Shown here: positions 38,950 through 49,388 of the stretch, in pieces
Layout: every line of letters starts with the position of its first letter
Position numbering within the stretch: position 1 is the first letter of the stretch
Source of the DNA: a virus
Lineage: Duplodnaviria > Heunggongvirae > Uroviricota > Caudoviricetes
IMG/VR virus record: IMGVR_UViG_3300029288_000055
Coordinates: 234,764-298,763 of that record
DNA length: 64,000 nt
Reading direction: 5' to 3' (one strand)
Position numbers and translations under genes: made by a program
The notes under the pieces: model-generated
What the model was told of the DNA's origin: nothing
Database searches by the model: none
Seen by the model: the letters and a program-made list of their open reading frames with translations, nothing else

Positions 38950-40049
38950 ATGAATCTTTTCGGTAGCAAACAGACCAAAGGTTTACAGACATTCGAAGAA
39001 GTAAGAAACTATCTGAATAACATTGATAGCATTAATCGTGGTGGCTGTGGTATATCAGCTTTATCAATGTACAGGTGGCTTAAAAAACACGGTCAGACCA
39101 CAGAGCATACAGCGTTCTATTTTCTTGACAATGATTCAAGCAATCATGAGAACAATCAGGAATACTTCACCAATAAGGAAGTAGTATTAAGGGCAAGTTC
39201 TCATATAGTATTGCTTCACAATGATCAAACAATTGATTCCACTGGCTTTCATTCAATCAATGATTATGACTATAATTTTCTTGAAAAGAGTGAAGAGTAT
39301 TTACTCGCAATGATCAATAATGTATGGACGTGGAATTATAAGTTTGAAAGGAAAGCGCACGTTAAGAATATAGCCAAAACTCTTGGCATTAATTTGACAG
39401 ATGTACAAATAACTCATGCTTGGTGAAACCATTTTAATTAAAAACTCGTATAAGAGATATTAACCAATACATATACCAAATGAAATCAGAAATTACTGTA
39501 AGAACGCAAGGCATTAAAGGTGGCGATGCCAAATTTACCAATGTAGGCTGTACCACAGTCTATGCCACAGACAAAGGACAAACCAGAAATGATCTGGTTA
39601 TTGATCTGGACAGCTTCACTGGTTCTGGAAGAGATTACCAGAGAAGAGAAAATACTCTCATTAATATCACCTTTGAGGGTCAACCCGCTTTTAATGGCAC
39701 TATTCAACAATTGGTTGCCAAGCTCAATCCAAATGCTTTTTATAGCGGTAAAGCATTAAAGATTAAACGTATCAAAGACATTATTGCCACATGGGGAAAT
39801 GTTACTGATATGGAACTCGGACTTGATCATTCACCTTGTATTAATTCAATAGGTGAAAATGTTTGTCAGTTGGTTGAAGAATTTAATGCTGATTGTGTTA
39901 CAGCAGTCACCTATGATGACGACATTGAACTGGACAGAGACGACATTAACTATGAAGACCTGTCAGATGATCTTATAGACGAAATTGCAGACATCATTGA
40001 TGACTATGAAACTGATATGTTAAAAACTGAAAGTCGTTCTCAGGACTAA
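38950..40049 (+). other. Two hypothetical CDSs (38950-39426, 39480-40049)
   Basis: Each behind an ECF promoter; terminator 40073-40100 (AAACCCTGTAA-G-TTTACAGGGTTTTTTT). Confidence 0.7.
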
Positions 40050-40412
40050 GTTTTAATTAAAAACGAATGTACAAACCCTGTAAGTTTACAGGGTTTTTTT
40101 ATTACCAATTATCGGCAGCAAAACGATTTTTGCGCAAATTACACTATGTTAATTTGTCCCAAAAATAATCTAAAATAGGGACATTTTTGTAACCTTTTTA
40201 TTTAAAAATACGTATAAGAACTATAAACATCATATCTTAATCAAAAATTAAGAATTGTAATCCAATCCTGCCTTATACTCTGAGTTTAGAATGATTCTAA
40301 ATTATGCAACTATTGGCTGCACAATTATAAATAAATGATTTTATTTAAAGATATGTGGAACTATTATATTACTTTTATCGTATAAGAGACGTAACCAATT
40401 AAACCACAGCAA

Positions 40413-41249
40413 ATGAAATTTACAACAATTGTAAATGCACGGAAACAAACTGGCTTATCATATTTAGGTGGAGTTAGTACTTCATCAAAGATAATGCACA
40501 GCCAAAAATACAGTCATCAATATACTTATGCCATTTACCTTGCACCTTCAAAACAATCAGGTTATAATGTTTGTTCACATTCCACGCCTGAATGTCGTAT
40601 GGGTTGCTTAAACACTTCAGGACGTGCAGGTATGGAAATTATTTGTGGCAAATCAAAAACATTGGATTGTCGCAATAAGAAAGTAAGACTATTTTTTGAA
40701 GAAAATGAATTTTTCATGAATTGGATGATTGCTGAAATAAAAATGTATCAAAGGAGAGCTGAAAAAAACGGTTTTTTCTTTTCAGTCAGGCTCAATGCAA
40801 CCAGTGATATTGATTGGACAAATGTATTTTTAAATAATCTTAACATATTTGAAATATTTCCAGATGTAAGTTTTTATGATTATACCAAAAATCATAATAA
40901 GTTTGAAAACAAACCAGAAAATTATCATTTAACCTATTCATATACAGGCAGAAATATTGAGTTATGTAAAGTATTACTTCAGAAAGGTTTTAATATTGCG
41001 GTTGTATTTAATGTAAAGCATGAAATAAACCTACCTAAATACTTTATGAATCATACAGTTATCAATGGTGACTTAACAGATTATCGTATTGATGATGCCA
41101 AAGGTATTATTGTAGGTTTAAAATGGAAACGCATTGCAAACAGAATAGCTGAAAAGAAAGTATTAAACAGTTGTTTTGTTATTCAACCTGATAATGTACT
41201 TTGTGAATATGAAACAAGCAATGTACAGGAAGAAGCTGTTTTGGTTTGA
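40413..41249 (+). CDS. Phage Gp88-like protein (three-Cys, radical-SAM-like signature)
   Basis: YLAP...NVCSHSTPECRMGCLNTSGR, VRLNATSDIDW, FYDYTK, YHLTYS, GDLTDYR..D. Confidence 0.75.
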   Translation: MKFTTIVNARKQTGLSYLGGVSTSSKIMHSQKYSHQYTYAIYLAPSKQSGYNVCSHSTPECRMGCLNTSGRAGMEIICGKSKTLDCRNKKVRLFFEENEFFMNWMIAEIKMYQRRAEKNGFFFSVRLNATSDIDWTNVFLNNLNIFEIFPDVSFYDYTKNHNKFENKPENYHLTYSYTGRNIELCKVLLQKGFNIAVVFNVKHEINLPKYFMNHTVINGDLTDYRIDDAKGIIVGLKWKRIANRIAEKKVLNSCFVIQPDNVLCEYETSNVQEEAVLV

Positions 41250-41338
41250 TTGATTAATTGCCCTGTATGTAACTATTACAGGGCAATTTTCGTATAAGCA
41301 ATGTACAAGTATTAACCATAACTAATAATAAAAATACT

Positions 41339-42661
41339 ATGAGCGACTTAACAAGACAAAAACAGGAAAAAGAGTTAATTAAAAAATGGGAAGCTGATAT
41401 TGCCCCAAAACTCGTTGGCAGAAAAATTACTGGATGTAAATACATGACTGAAAAAGAAATGGAAGGTCTTGGTTGGTATAGCAAAGCACTTGTTATAACC
41501 TTAGAGGGTAATGTTAAATTGTTTGCTTCAGCAGATGATGAAGGTAATGGCGCAGGTGCATTGTTCACCAATATCAGAGGACTTGAAACAATACCAGTAA
41601 TATAATGCGGTGAATACAATGGCTAATCTCATTAAATTGTGCGGTGATTAGCCATAATGTAACTTAATTTATTCAATGTACGTATAATGCAATGTACAAA
41701 TAACCATAAAAATGAAAAGAAATAATAAATGTACTAACGGATTAAAGATTCCCACTGGCTTAAAAGATAGCACAGGGAATGTACTAAATGAGGGTGACAA
41801 AGTTGCACCTTTCACTTATAATGAAATTCAAAAATTCAAAGCTGAATGGAAACAAACTCATACAGAACTTTGTGATGCTATGGGTTTCAGCAGAAAGCAT
41901 AATGAATCAGATGAACTTCTGGTTGGTGATTACTTCTGGATTGAAGCTGATAAAAAATGGTATCCAAAAACTCTCTCATTGTACACAAAAAGGGAACAAG
42001 CAATTGCAGACTGTTTAAGAAATAATGAATAACCAATGTACAAGTAACCACTTTAAATAAAAACATTATGAAGACAACAGACTTAATTAAGAAAATTGAT
42101 TTCACCACACTGAGAACTCAGAAAGGTACTTTAATTAAAATCATTGATGACCTTGAAAAAACAGGTCTGCACCCTGATCAGGAAATGGATTTAACTGGTA
42201 TACTCAACCTGATTGATGGATTACAGGACTATGCCGTTGATGTCATGGGTATGAATCCTATTACAGTATATGACTTCGAATTGGAAGAAGGAAGAACAGA
42301 TGTACAAAAAGTAAAAACAGTTATTCTCTGTGCAACCTGTAACGGTGATAACGTTTTAATTAAAACCAATAAGAAAGGTCTTTGTTGTGATTGTACAGGT
42401 GAACATAATATATACCAGACTAAACTTAAAGCTGATGCAAAAATCATTGGCTTTCAGGTTGTGGGTACAGCAGGGACTAATAAAGAAGGTCAAATACATC
42501 CAGACATGTTAAGCAGTTCTGCATTGTACAGCTTAAATCAGGCACGAAAGATGATTAAGAACAGAGAGACAGAAAACTGGAGCTTGCTTGCAATCTGGAC
42601 AGGTGACATTGAAGAACCAACAATAATGTTTAAAGGTAAACTAAGAACATTTAAGAAATAA
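41339..42661 (+). other. Hypothetical CDSs (41339-41605, 41712-42032, 42068-42661)
   Basis: ORF track; ECF promoters at 41269 and 41659. Confidence 0.7.
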
Positions 42662-42739
42662 AAATATTGTACAGTAATGTATGATTGGTGGCGTGCCAAA
42701 ACTCTCTTTGAGTATTTATACTTAAAGAGAGTTTTTAAT

Positions 42740-43126
42740 ATGAATATTATGAATCAGAATGTACTAAATGACTTTACTAAGGTTTTAATTAAAAACAAAT
42801 ATAAAAATAAGATACAAGAATTAAAATTAGAGTATTGTACAAATGAACAAGATAATTATATAACTCTTAATGTAATTCGTATCAAAACCTCACAACAAAA
42901 TAAAGGATATGGCTCGATGATAATGAATGATATTATACAACTTGCTGATACTTATAATGTTAAAATCAAACTCTTTGCAACTAATCTTTGGGGTGCTGAT
43001 TTAAAACGATTGTACAGGTTTTATGAGAAACAAGGGTTTGTACGAATTAAGAATAAATTTGATATTGGTAAACTAATATACTTTCCAAAAAATAAATTAA
43101 TTGTTGTTAATGTCCAAAATAAATAA
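42740..43126 (+). CDS. GNAT-family acetyltransferase
   Basis: QQNKGYGSMIMNDII..AD...L.A...LYRFYEKQGF. Confidence 0.8.
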   Translation: MNIMNQNVLNDFTKVLIKNKYKNKIQELKLEYCTNEQDNYITLNVIRIKTSQQNKGYGSMIMNDIIQLADTYNVKIKLFATNLWGADLKRLYRFYEKQGFVRIKNKFDIGKLIYFPKNKLIVVNVQNK

Positions 43127-43197
43127 TTATATTTGTAACCATAATGTACTAATGTACGTATAAGCTAATGTACGATAAGTACAGAGTTCTTTAAAAT

Positions 43198-43323
43198 GGA
43201 GTTGTTCGCAGAATTGTTTTTAAATTGAAAACAACGGTGCTGCAAATTGTCTGAGACGGTAATACCAATGTACAGCAATCTTGTTGAATAACAAGCATGT
43301 AGGTTCGAATCCCACCAACTCCA
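43198..43323 (+). ncRNA. Oversized tRNA-like / tmRNA-TLD-like RNA (126 nt)
   Basis: Acceptor GGAGTTG/CAACTCC-A, T arm GTAGG-TTCGAAT-CCCAC, internal hairpins TTGTTTT/AAAACAA and CTTGTT/AACAAG; ECF promoter 43135-43163. Confidence 0.75.
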
Positions 43324-43329
43324 CGAAAA

Positions 43330-43665
43330 ACCCAACCGAAAGCCTGTGGCTTCGTTAATCACGTTGGTAAGTTGTCTTGAAAGTACAAATTCTTTTCGAG
43401 TTTTTCGACCCGTAGTTTACTACATGCTAAGAAAGTATAGAATCGAAGGCGTACCAGAGAGAAACCTAAACCCAACTGATCGAGTTCAGCGCAGGTGTGC
43501 AAACGTCCCTAAATGCCCTTAATTGGATGATATGTGGGATTAACGGAACTGGTTACTGAGGACGGTGATTGACTAACCGATTGCAAGTCGCTCTTGCAAG
43601 TCAACTTCAGTAGAGATACCCTGACATAGAGCAGCCTAATTGGAGTGCGTGTCGGGGTTTCTTAT
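43330..43665 (+). ncRNA. Candidate large structured ncRNA (about 330 nt)
   Basis: No ORF, GC above background, nested stems GAGAAACC/GGTTTCTT, GATACCCTGACA/TGTCGGGGTTTC, TTGAC..TTGCAAG/CTTGCAA..GTCAA, CGTCC/GGACG. Confidence 0.6.
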
Positions 43666-43793
43666 TTAAAACCATTTTGTTTCCATAATGCACTATTTTT
43701 AATTAAAAACAGAAATAGAATATTTTAGCTCTGCAGTGTAACTTTTACTGCAATATGCTCGTATAAGAGCACATAACTAATAACCACAATACA

Positions 43794-44564
43794 ATGAAAA
43801 ACGAAAGAACTACTTGGACATCTCCCAGAACAAACATAATAGCAGCAGCTAATGATTTACGTGGTTGCCTTGCTTCTGGACATAAAGCCAGATTAATCAG
43901 AATATTCAACGAAGATTGCATGCATCCTATCCTGCTGGATAAAGACGAACTATCAAAAGACTTCAGAGAATATGAATTCTCTATAGGTACTCTAAGAACC
44001 AAAGAAGAGATAAAGAATGATAATTCAATGTCAGAATTCGAAAAGACTCTTAGCTTAGAATACCATGCATGTTTCGGTAATGCTGACGCAGTTGATAAGT
44101 ATTATCAGACAGGTGAATTATCCAAAGGCAATTTCTTTGGCATGGGCAAATCCCATCTGGTTAAAGTTTCTAATATGATTGAATATCTTCAGAGATCAAA
44201 TGACCCCAAAGATAAAGAGTATGCAAAACTCTGGTATCATTACACAGACCAGACAGATGAAAGACATTTTTATGATACTTTCAGGTTGAAGTCTGCACAG
44301 TACAGAACTCCCAGACAATTCAAACATAAACTCTGGGCAGTTGAAATGCTTGATAAGGATACCAAAGCATTAAAACAACCAAAGGTAATATCTATCTTGC
44401 TCTTTTTAATTAAAACCATTGTCTACCCCCTGAAGTATGTCCCTTCCAAAAGAGTTATGGATATGAAAGAATATAAGGTCGTCACCTATCGTGTAGGTGC
44501 AGTTACAAATGGTTGTTCAGTAGACATTCATATACCAAAGAAATTTGGCTTTAAATCAGTTTAA
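43794..44564 (+). CDS. Hypothetical protein
   Basis: 256-aa ORF behind ECF promoter 43738; terminator 44645-44679 (CTGTCGGGA/TCCCGACAG plus T7). Confidence 0.75.
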   Translation: MKNERTTWTSPRTNIIAAANDLRGCLASGHKARLIRIFNEDCMHPILLDKDELSKDFREYEFSIGTLRTKEEIKNDNSMSEFEKTLSLEYHACFGNADAVDKYYQTGELSKGNFFGMGKSHLVKVSNMIEYLQRSNDPKDKEYAKLWYHYTDQTDERHFYDTFRLKSAQYRTPRQFKHKLWAVEMLDKDTKALKQPKVISILLFLIKTIVYPLKYVPSKRVMDMKEYKVVTYRVGAVTNGCSVDIHIPKKFGFKSV

Positions 44565-44683
44565 TTAAAACCCTATAATAAGATATTATTTCTGGCTCAG
44601 TTCTATGAGCATTGTTTCATGTTTTTATTAGTTGGTTACATTTGCTGTCGGGATTGTGGTTAGTCCCGACAGTTTTTTTGTTT

Positions 44684-44709
44684 AAGGTCCGCAAATATTT
44701 GCGGACCTT
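44684..44709. repeat. 26-bp perfect palindrome, copy 2
   Basis: AAGGTCCGCAAATATTTGCGGACCTT, identical to the core at 29320-29345. Confidence 0.95.
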
Positions 44710-44889
44710 TCAAACATATATAAATATTTTTGTAATATTCGTAACCTTTTAATGTACATTTGCGTATAAGGACTATGAAAAGATAACGAGACATATAGTC
44801 CAATAGTTATAACAGCCACTCCACGACTGAAATCAAGTAGACTCCAATATATTTTAATGTATAATCTTAGAACAATTCTAAATAACGCA

Positions 44890-45145
44890 CTAATGTACGT
44901 CTGTTGTTAAATTATTTAATATACGTTTATCATTGTACGTTCAGAGATTGTCCAACATAGACACGAGCATGGACAGAGTGTCCATGTTAATGTCCATGCT
45001 CTAAAATTTATTATTGTCCATGCTGACGATTGTACGCAATAGGATTGTACGCAAAGAATATTTGTACGGGTACTTGTACCTCTGAAAATTAAATTCTTTT
45101 ACAAGTGTATTATTCTACCCCATTTGTACCCGTACATGTACCCTT
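44890..45145. repeat. Non-coding cluster of short TGTAC/TGTCC repeats
   Basis: At least 10 GTAC in about 250 bp, plus an inverted pair GCATGGAC/GTCCATGC. Confidence 0.8.
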
Positions 45146-45596
45146 AATAATTCAAAAATCTTATTAGGTGAGTACTTTTTATAAAATTTTATAAAATCGT
45201 TTTTGCTAAAAAAATTCGAGAGTGTCGAAGCGATGCGCAGGGGCAGACTTTACCCCCACTTTTACCCACAAATCTCCACTTTAGAACATCTTAATATTCT
45301 GAATATATTTTGTTCAGGGTATAACTACCTGATTATCAGTGATAGCAAAATGATATCAAAACAGTACAAAAATGACATTACAATATAGTTATGAGTACAG
45401 TAAAAGGCAGTTATAGTACATATAAACACTGACTATATTTATTATTGTTTTATTACATTATCATCAGTCAGAAACAAACAAAATTGTTTACACAGAATTG
45501 TTACTATATTACTATATGTGATAGCATATAATATGATTTTTCGTAACCTTTTTATATTCATTTACGTATAAGACATAACCAATTAAATTTTTTACA

Positions 45597-45914
45597 ATGA
45601 AAAAATTATTATTTCCATTATTTCTTTTATTATTCATTTTAATGAATTGTAAAAAACCTCTTGAACCTGTTTATTGTTTTGATTGTCAAACATTAAAAGT
45701 TAGACAATATGTATATTCTTTGAATGATACCATTATTTTAGTTAAAGTAGAAACTAAATCTAATTATCAATCGAAAAAATATTTAATTTGTGATAAAACT
45801 GAAGAAGAAATCACAATGATAGAAAATGACAGCATAAAAACTGAATTAATTTATAATAATAATAAGAATGAATGCATTTTATGGAGACATGAATTACATT
45901 GCGAAAAACAATAA
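45597..45914 (+). CDS. Putative lipoprotein
   Basis: MKKLLFPLFLLLFILMN-C lipobox-type signal. Confidence 0.65.
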   Translation: MKKLLFPLFLLLFILMNCKKPLEPVYCFDCQTLKVRQYVYSLNDTIILVKVETKSNYQSKKYLICDKTEEEITMIENDSIKTELIYNNNKNECILWRHELHCEKQ

Positions 45915-46249
45915 TTACATATTATAACAGATTGTTGTAAAATGCTTGAATTATTTTAACATAATTTTTCGTAACCTTTTTATATTCATTTACGTATAAG
46001 AACACTGACGAGAAAGAAATTAAATAAAGAAAGAGAAATAGCTATGAGTAGAAATAGTGAATCACAAATATATAACTTATCATTTCAGACTGACTTAAAT
46101 GAATCAATGAGAGTAAAGATAGAGGCACGTTCTTATAAGTCTGCTGTGAAAAAACTAATAAAAGAATATCCGAGTGCTTTTGATATTGATTAAATTGATT
46201 AATAAGTTTTATTTAAAACCAAATAGTAGTAACTTAACAAATAGTCATT

Positions 46250-48725
46250 ATGTATTACGAAATAAATGTTGCAAAGAAAGTGAAAAGAATTAATATACCA
46301 GAAAGGTATGAGCATTATTTCGCCACTGCACCGAGAAGTATTACTTTCCATTCAGAGGCTGTAAGTCTGCTTAAAGAGTTTATTAAGTTGTTTCCTGCGC
46401 CTGAATACGAAATAAGTGTTCATGAATATCCTGAACAATTCACCAGTTATTCACCAGAAGAATTTCTGAAAGAATTTGAGAATAAATAGTTTTAATTAAA
46501 AACATTTAAAAGAATTATAATATGAAAATCACAATAAAAATTCAACCTATGATATTAACTGCCACAAGTAAGAAAGAGGCAATTAGTAAAGTTAATGCTT
46601 ATGGCGTTTTGACATTTTCCAATTATGGCAGGTATCTTAATGGTTATAGTGAGAGAAAGAATGATATTGCCATTGTTGCAAACTATCAGGTACAGAACAG
46701 AAAGACCAAACAGGTCAAGAATCTTAAGACTGGTAAAACCAAATCAATCATTTTACGTGAGAAACTTTGGACTGTCAGAGTATATAGAATACCTATTGAG
46801 TTATTAAAAATTGGTAATCTGGTTGTGTTACAACGTCACAGGTATTTTGAGATTGTATCAAAAAAGAACAAATAATAATGTACTAATTTTAATTAAAACG
46901 ATATGAGTAATAAGAAAAACTATTTGTCCGAACCAAAAATGACTGATAAAGATTCATGGTGGACAGGGAAAAACAGGATAATGACCTTTGCAAGTTTGAA
47001 TGAGGCTCATACATACTGGCAAAGAATAAACAGTGGTGCAATACCTACTCCTGATAATATCAAGGACAAGGTTGATGAATTTGAACAGCGTTGTAAGAAT
47101 ATTGAGCAGATAATTAAAGAAGATACTGCAAAAATGCTTAATCATGACAAATTAATTGATGACATTAGAATACTAATGTCCAAAAAACTGGCATTGAATT
47201 GGGTACTTGGTGAAACTACATTTTTGTAATGTACAGTTTTTAATTAAAACGATATGAAAGCAAATAAGAAAGGTAAAATATTGATCAGGTACAGGGAGAT
47301 TGACAGAGAAAAATATCCTCACTTGCCTTATGAGCATGATCAGAAAATGGCTTACACAAAGAAGAATCTTCAAGAGATTATTGAAACTATATTGTCCAAC
47401 AGTCATACCATTATGATCAGACCTTATACTGTATTGGGTTTGACAACTGACACAGATCATTTGACTGTTTATATTGGCACAGGGAGAATGACATAATATA
47501 CTAATTTTAATTAAAACGATAATGTCCATAAAGAAACGTTTGAGAAAGATTGAGATAAGACTGGAAATATTTGCGTTGAATGTTTTTATGGGTATAGTTG
47601 CCACAAAAATTTATGTACTGATTTTCATATATAGAGTTAAGAACCTTTTTAAAGATGAAATGTAACTTATCATTGTCCGATTACGTATAAATGATATTAT
47701 GGATAAGCTAAGTAGAAATCAGATTAACATCCTTTTCGGTGAGAAACTTGACAGCACGATTTTCACATGGCTAAATTATTGTGGGACAAGAGGGGTTAGT
47801 GTCATTCATATATTTAATAATGATAATGGTTTATTCAATGTCCGTTTTGATTGCAGGGGTTGGTGTTTTTCTGATAGTTTGCTTAGTGGTTTTAGTAAGT
47901 CTTCTGGCATAGCTGTAATGCTTTGGGATAATGAAAAACTTGAAGATGTTTGGTGTCATATATCGGATGAATTTCAGATTACATTATTCAGAGGATTTAA
48001 TTTAAGAACAGGTAAATAATAATTTTAATTAAAACAATTGTAAAATGAATATATATGAAAGAATAGCGAAAATTGTATTAGGACTATCAGCAATATTCTT
48101 TGGAGTAAGGCTGATGTATTATTTGGTTCATTACAATAAAATAATGGATATACCAGAAGGTTTATCTTTTGTTGGATTTATGTCAATGTGTATGTTGCTC
48201 TTATTGGGTGTATTTTTAATTCTTTGGGCATTTGAAGATAAATTAAATAAGTAATTTTAATTAAAACTATATATTATGAAAAAAATTGGATTTATTGTAA
48301 AGACTGATGCATACGCAGGTAATTTCGAAAGAGAAATGTGTGCATATATGACAGGGCAGATTGGTGAGTGTGAGGTTGGTAAAAGTTATGTTGATCAGGA
48401 AGAAAAATCTTTACTGGATAAGTTGTTTCATAATATTCTTTCTTTACCTGATGATAATGGTTGTTACAGACCTGTATCTATATTGTCGGGCGATACGTAT
48501 TTCGATTTAAAAATGCCACAGAATGAAAAATCTAATTCTCTGGTGATTTATTTCGATGATCAACTGACAGAGGTACAAATTGAAGAGTTGAAGAAACGAG
48601 CATATGAATTTCCACAGGTATGGGAAGATAATCGTCATGTATATGTGAAGCACTCCAGATTGGTTAAGGTTCTTGGCTTCATGATTGTTGAAAATGAAAC
48701 AACTTCAAAAATAATTATCCTATAA
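46250..48725 (+). other. Hypothetical CDSs (46250-46489, 46522-46875, 46903-47229, 47254-47496, 47699-48019, 48045-48254 membrane, 48276-48725)
   Basis: Most junctions carry TTTTAATTAAAA. Confidence 0.7.
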
Positions 48726-48783
48726 TTTGTAACCTTTTATATTCATTTACGTATAAGCATATAGAAAACGTTCTTTGCAAACA

Positions 48784-48975
48784 ATAGTCAATTGTAAATT
48801 CTACATTCTGCTTGAAAGGTAGGCTATTACTTGGTCAGAGAAACATGGGAACAAAAAGTACCTGATCTAAGATGCCGAGATATAAAGTATAGAATGTAAG
48901 GTGTAGATTCAGACCAGATAGATGCACCCCAAAGAGAGCAAGATACCTGCTATGGTTAGGTAGGAAAAGACTATT
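48784..48975 (+). ncRNA. Candidate structured ncRNA (about 190 nt)
   Basis: Closing AATAGTC/GACTATT; stems TACATTCT/AGAATGTA, GGTGTA/TGCACC, TACCT/AGGTA; ECF promoter 48729-48756; no ORF. Confidence 0.55.
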
Positions 48976-48986
48976 TTTAATTAATA

Positions 48987-49089
48987 TCGGTGGGTAGCTT
49001 AAGGCAGAAAGCGTGATGTTATTAGAACACTGCTAATCATCAGGAATATTTTAACAGCAAGATTAAGGGTTCGATTCCCGACCACTGGC
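48987..49089 (+). ncRNA. Degenerate tRNA-like RNA with extended anticodon arm
   Basis: TCGGTGG/CCACTGG, D arm GCTT/AAGC, TGATG-TT-ATTAG/CTAAT-CATCA, T loop TTCGATT on a 3-bp stem. Confidence 0.55.
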
Positions 49090-49091
49090 AA

Positions 49092-49328
49092 AATGCCAAC
49101 CGTTCTCTGGTGATGTAATATCATAAGGGTTGAACAACATTAATGTAGAGTAGCACTCCGATCAGGAGAAGCCAGATTAACGAACTGGATGTTGTAGTGA
49201 TACCTTTAACGGCTCTGGTTACTTGGTGGGCGTTCATCCGTCCTTGATGAACTGAGTAGGGAAGTCCCTGTTATCTCCTGCAACTGCACAACGTACAGAT
49301 ACAAGAAGAGATTGCGGGGACTTCTCCA
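49092..49328 (+). ncRNA. Candidate structured ncRNA (about 235 nt)
   Basis: No ORF, elevated GC, stems GTTCATC/GATGAAC and GGAAGTCCC/GGGACTTCT. Confidence 0.5.
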
Positions 49329-49388
49329 TTTGTAACCTTTCATTATCAATTTACGTATAAGAGATATGTTTAACTAATAATAGATAAC

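Noticed and set aside
43198-43323. Canonical tmRNA (also considered for 18323-18451)
   Set aside because: About 126 nt rather than about 350, no G3-U70 pair, no tag reading frame.
43165-43362. 65-aa minus-strand ORF (likewise 45203-45388 and the many antisense ORFs in the track)
   Set aside because: Antisense to a tRNA-like RNA or shadows of real genes; no promoter or leader support.
44781-44801. Group I intron S element (AAGATATAGTCC-like)
   Set aside because: Explained by a simple hairpin with GGACTAT at 44770; no P/Q/R elements and no interrupted gene.
49255-49328. RNase P RNA (GGAAGTCC resembles GAGGAAAGTCC)
   Set aside because: The segment pairs locally with GGGACTTCT, and the conserved 3' P4 strand is missing.
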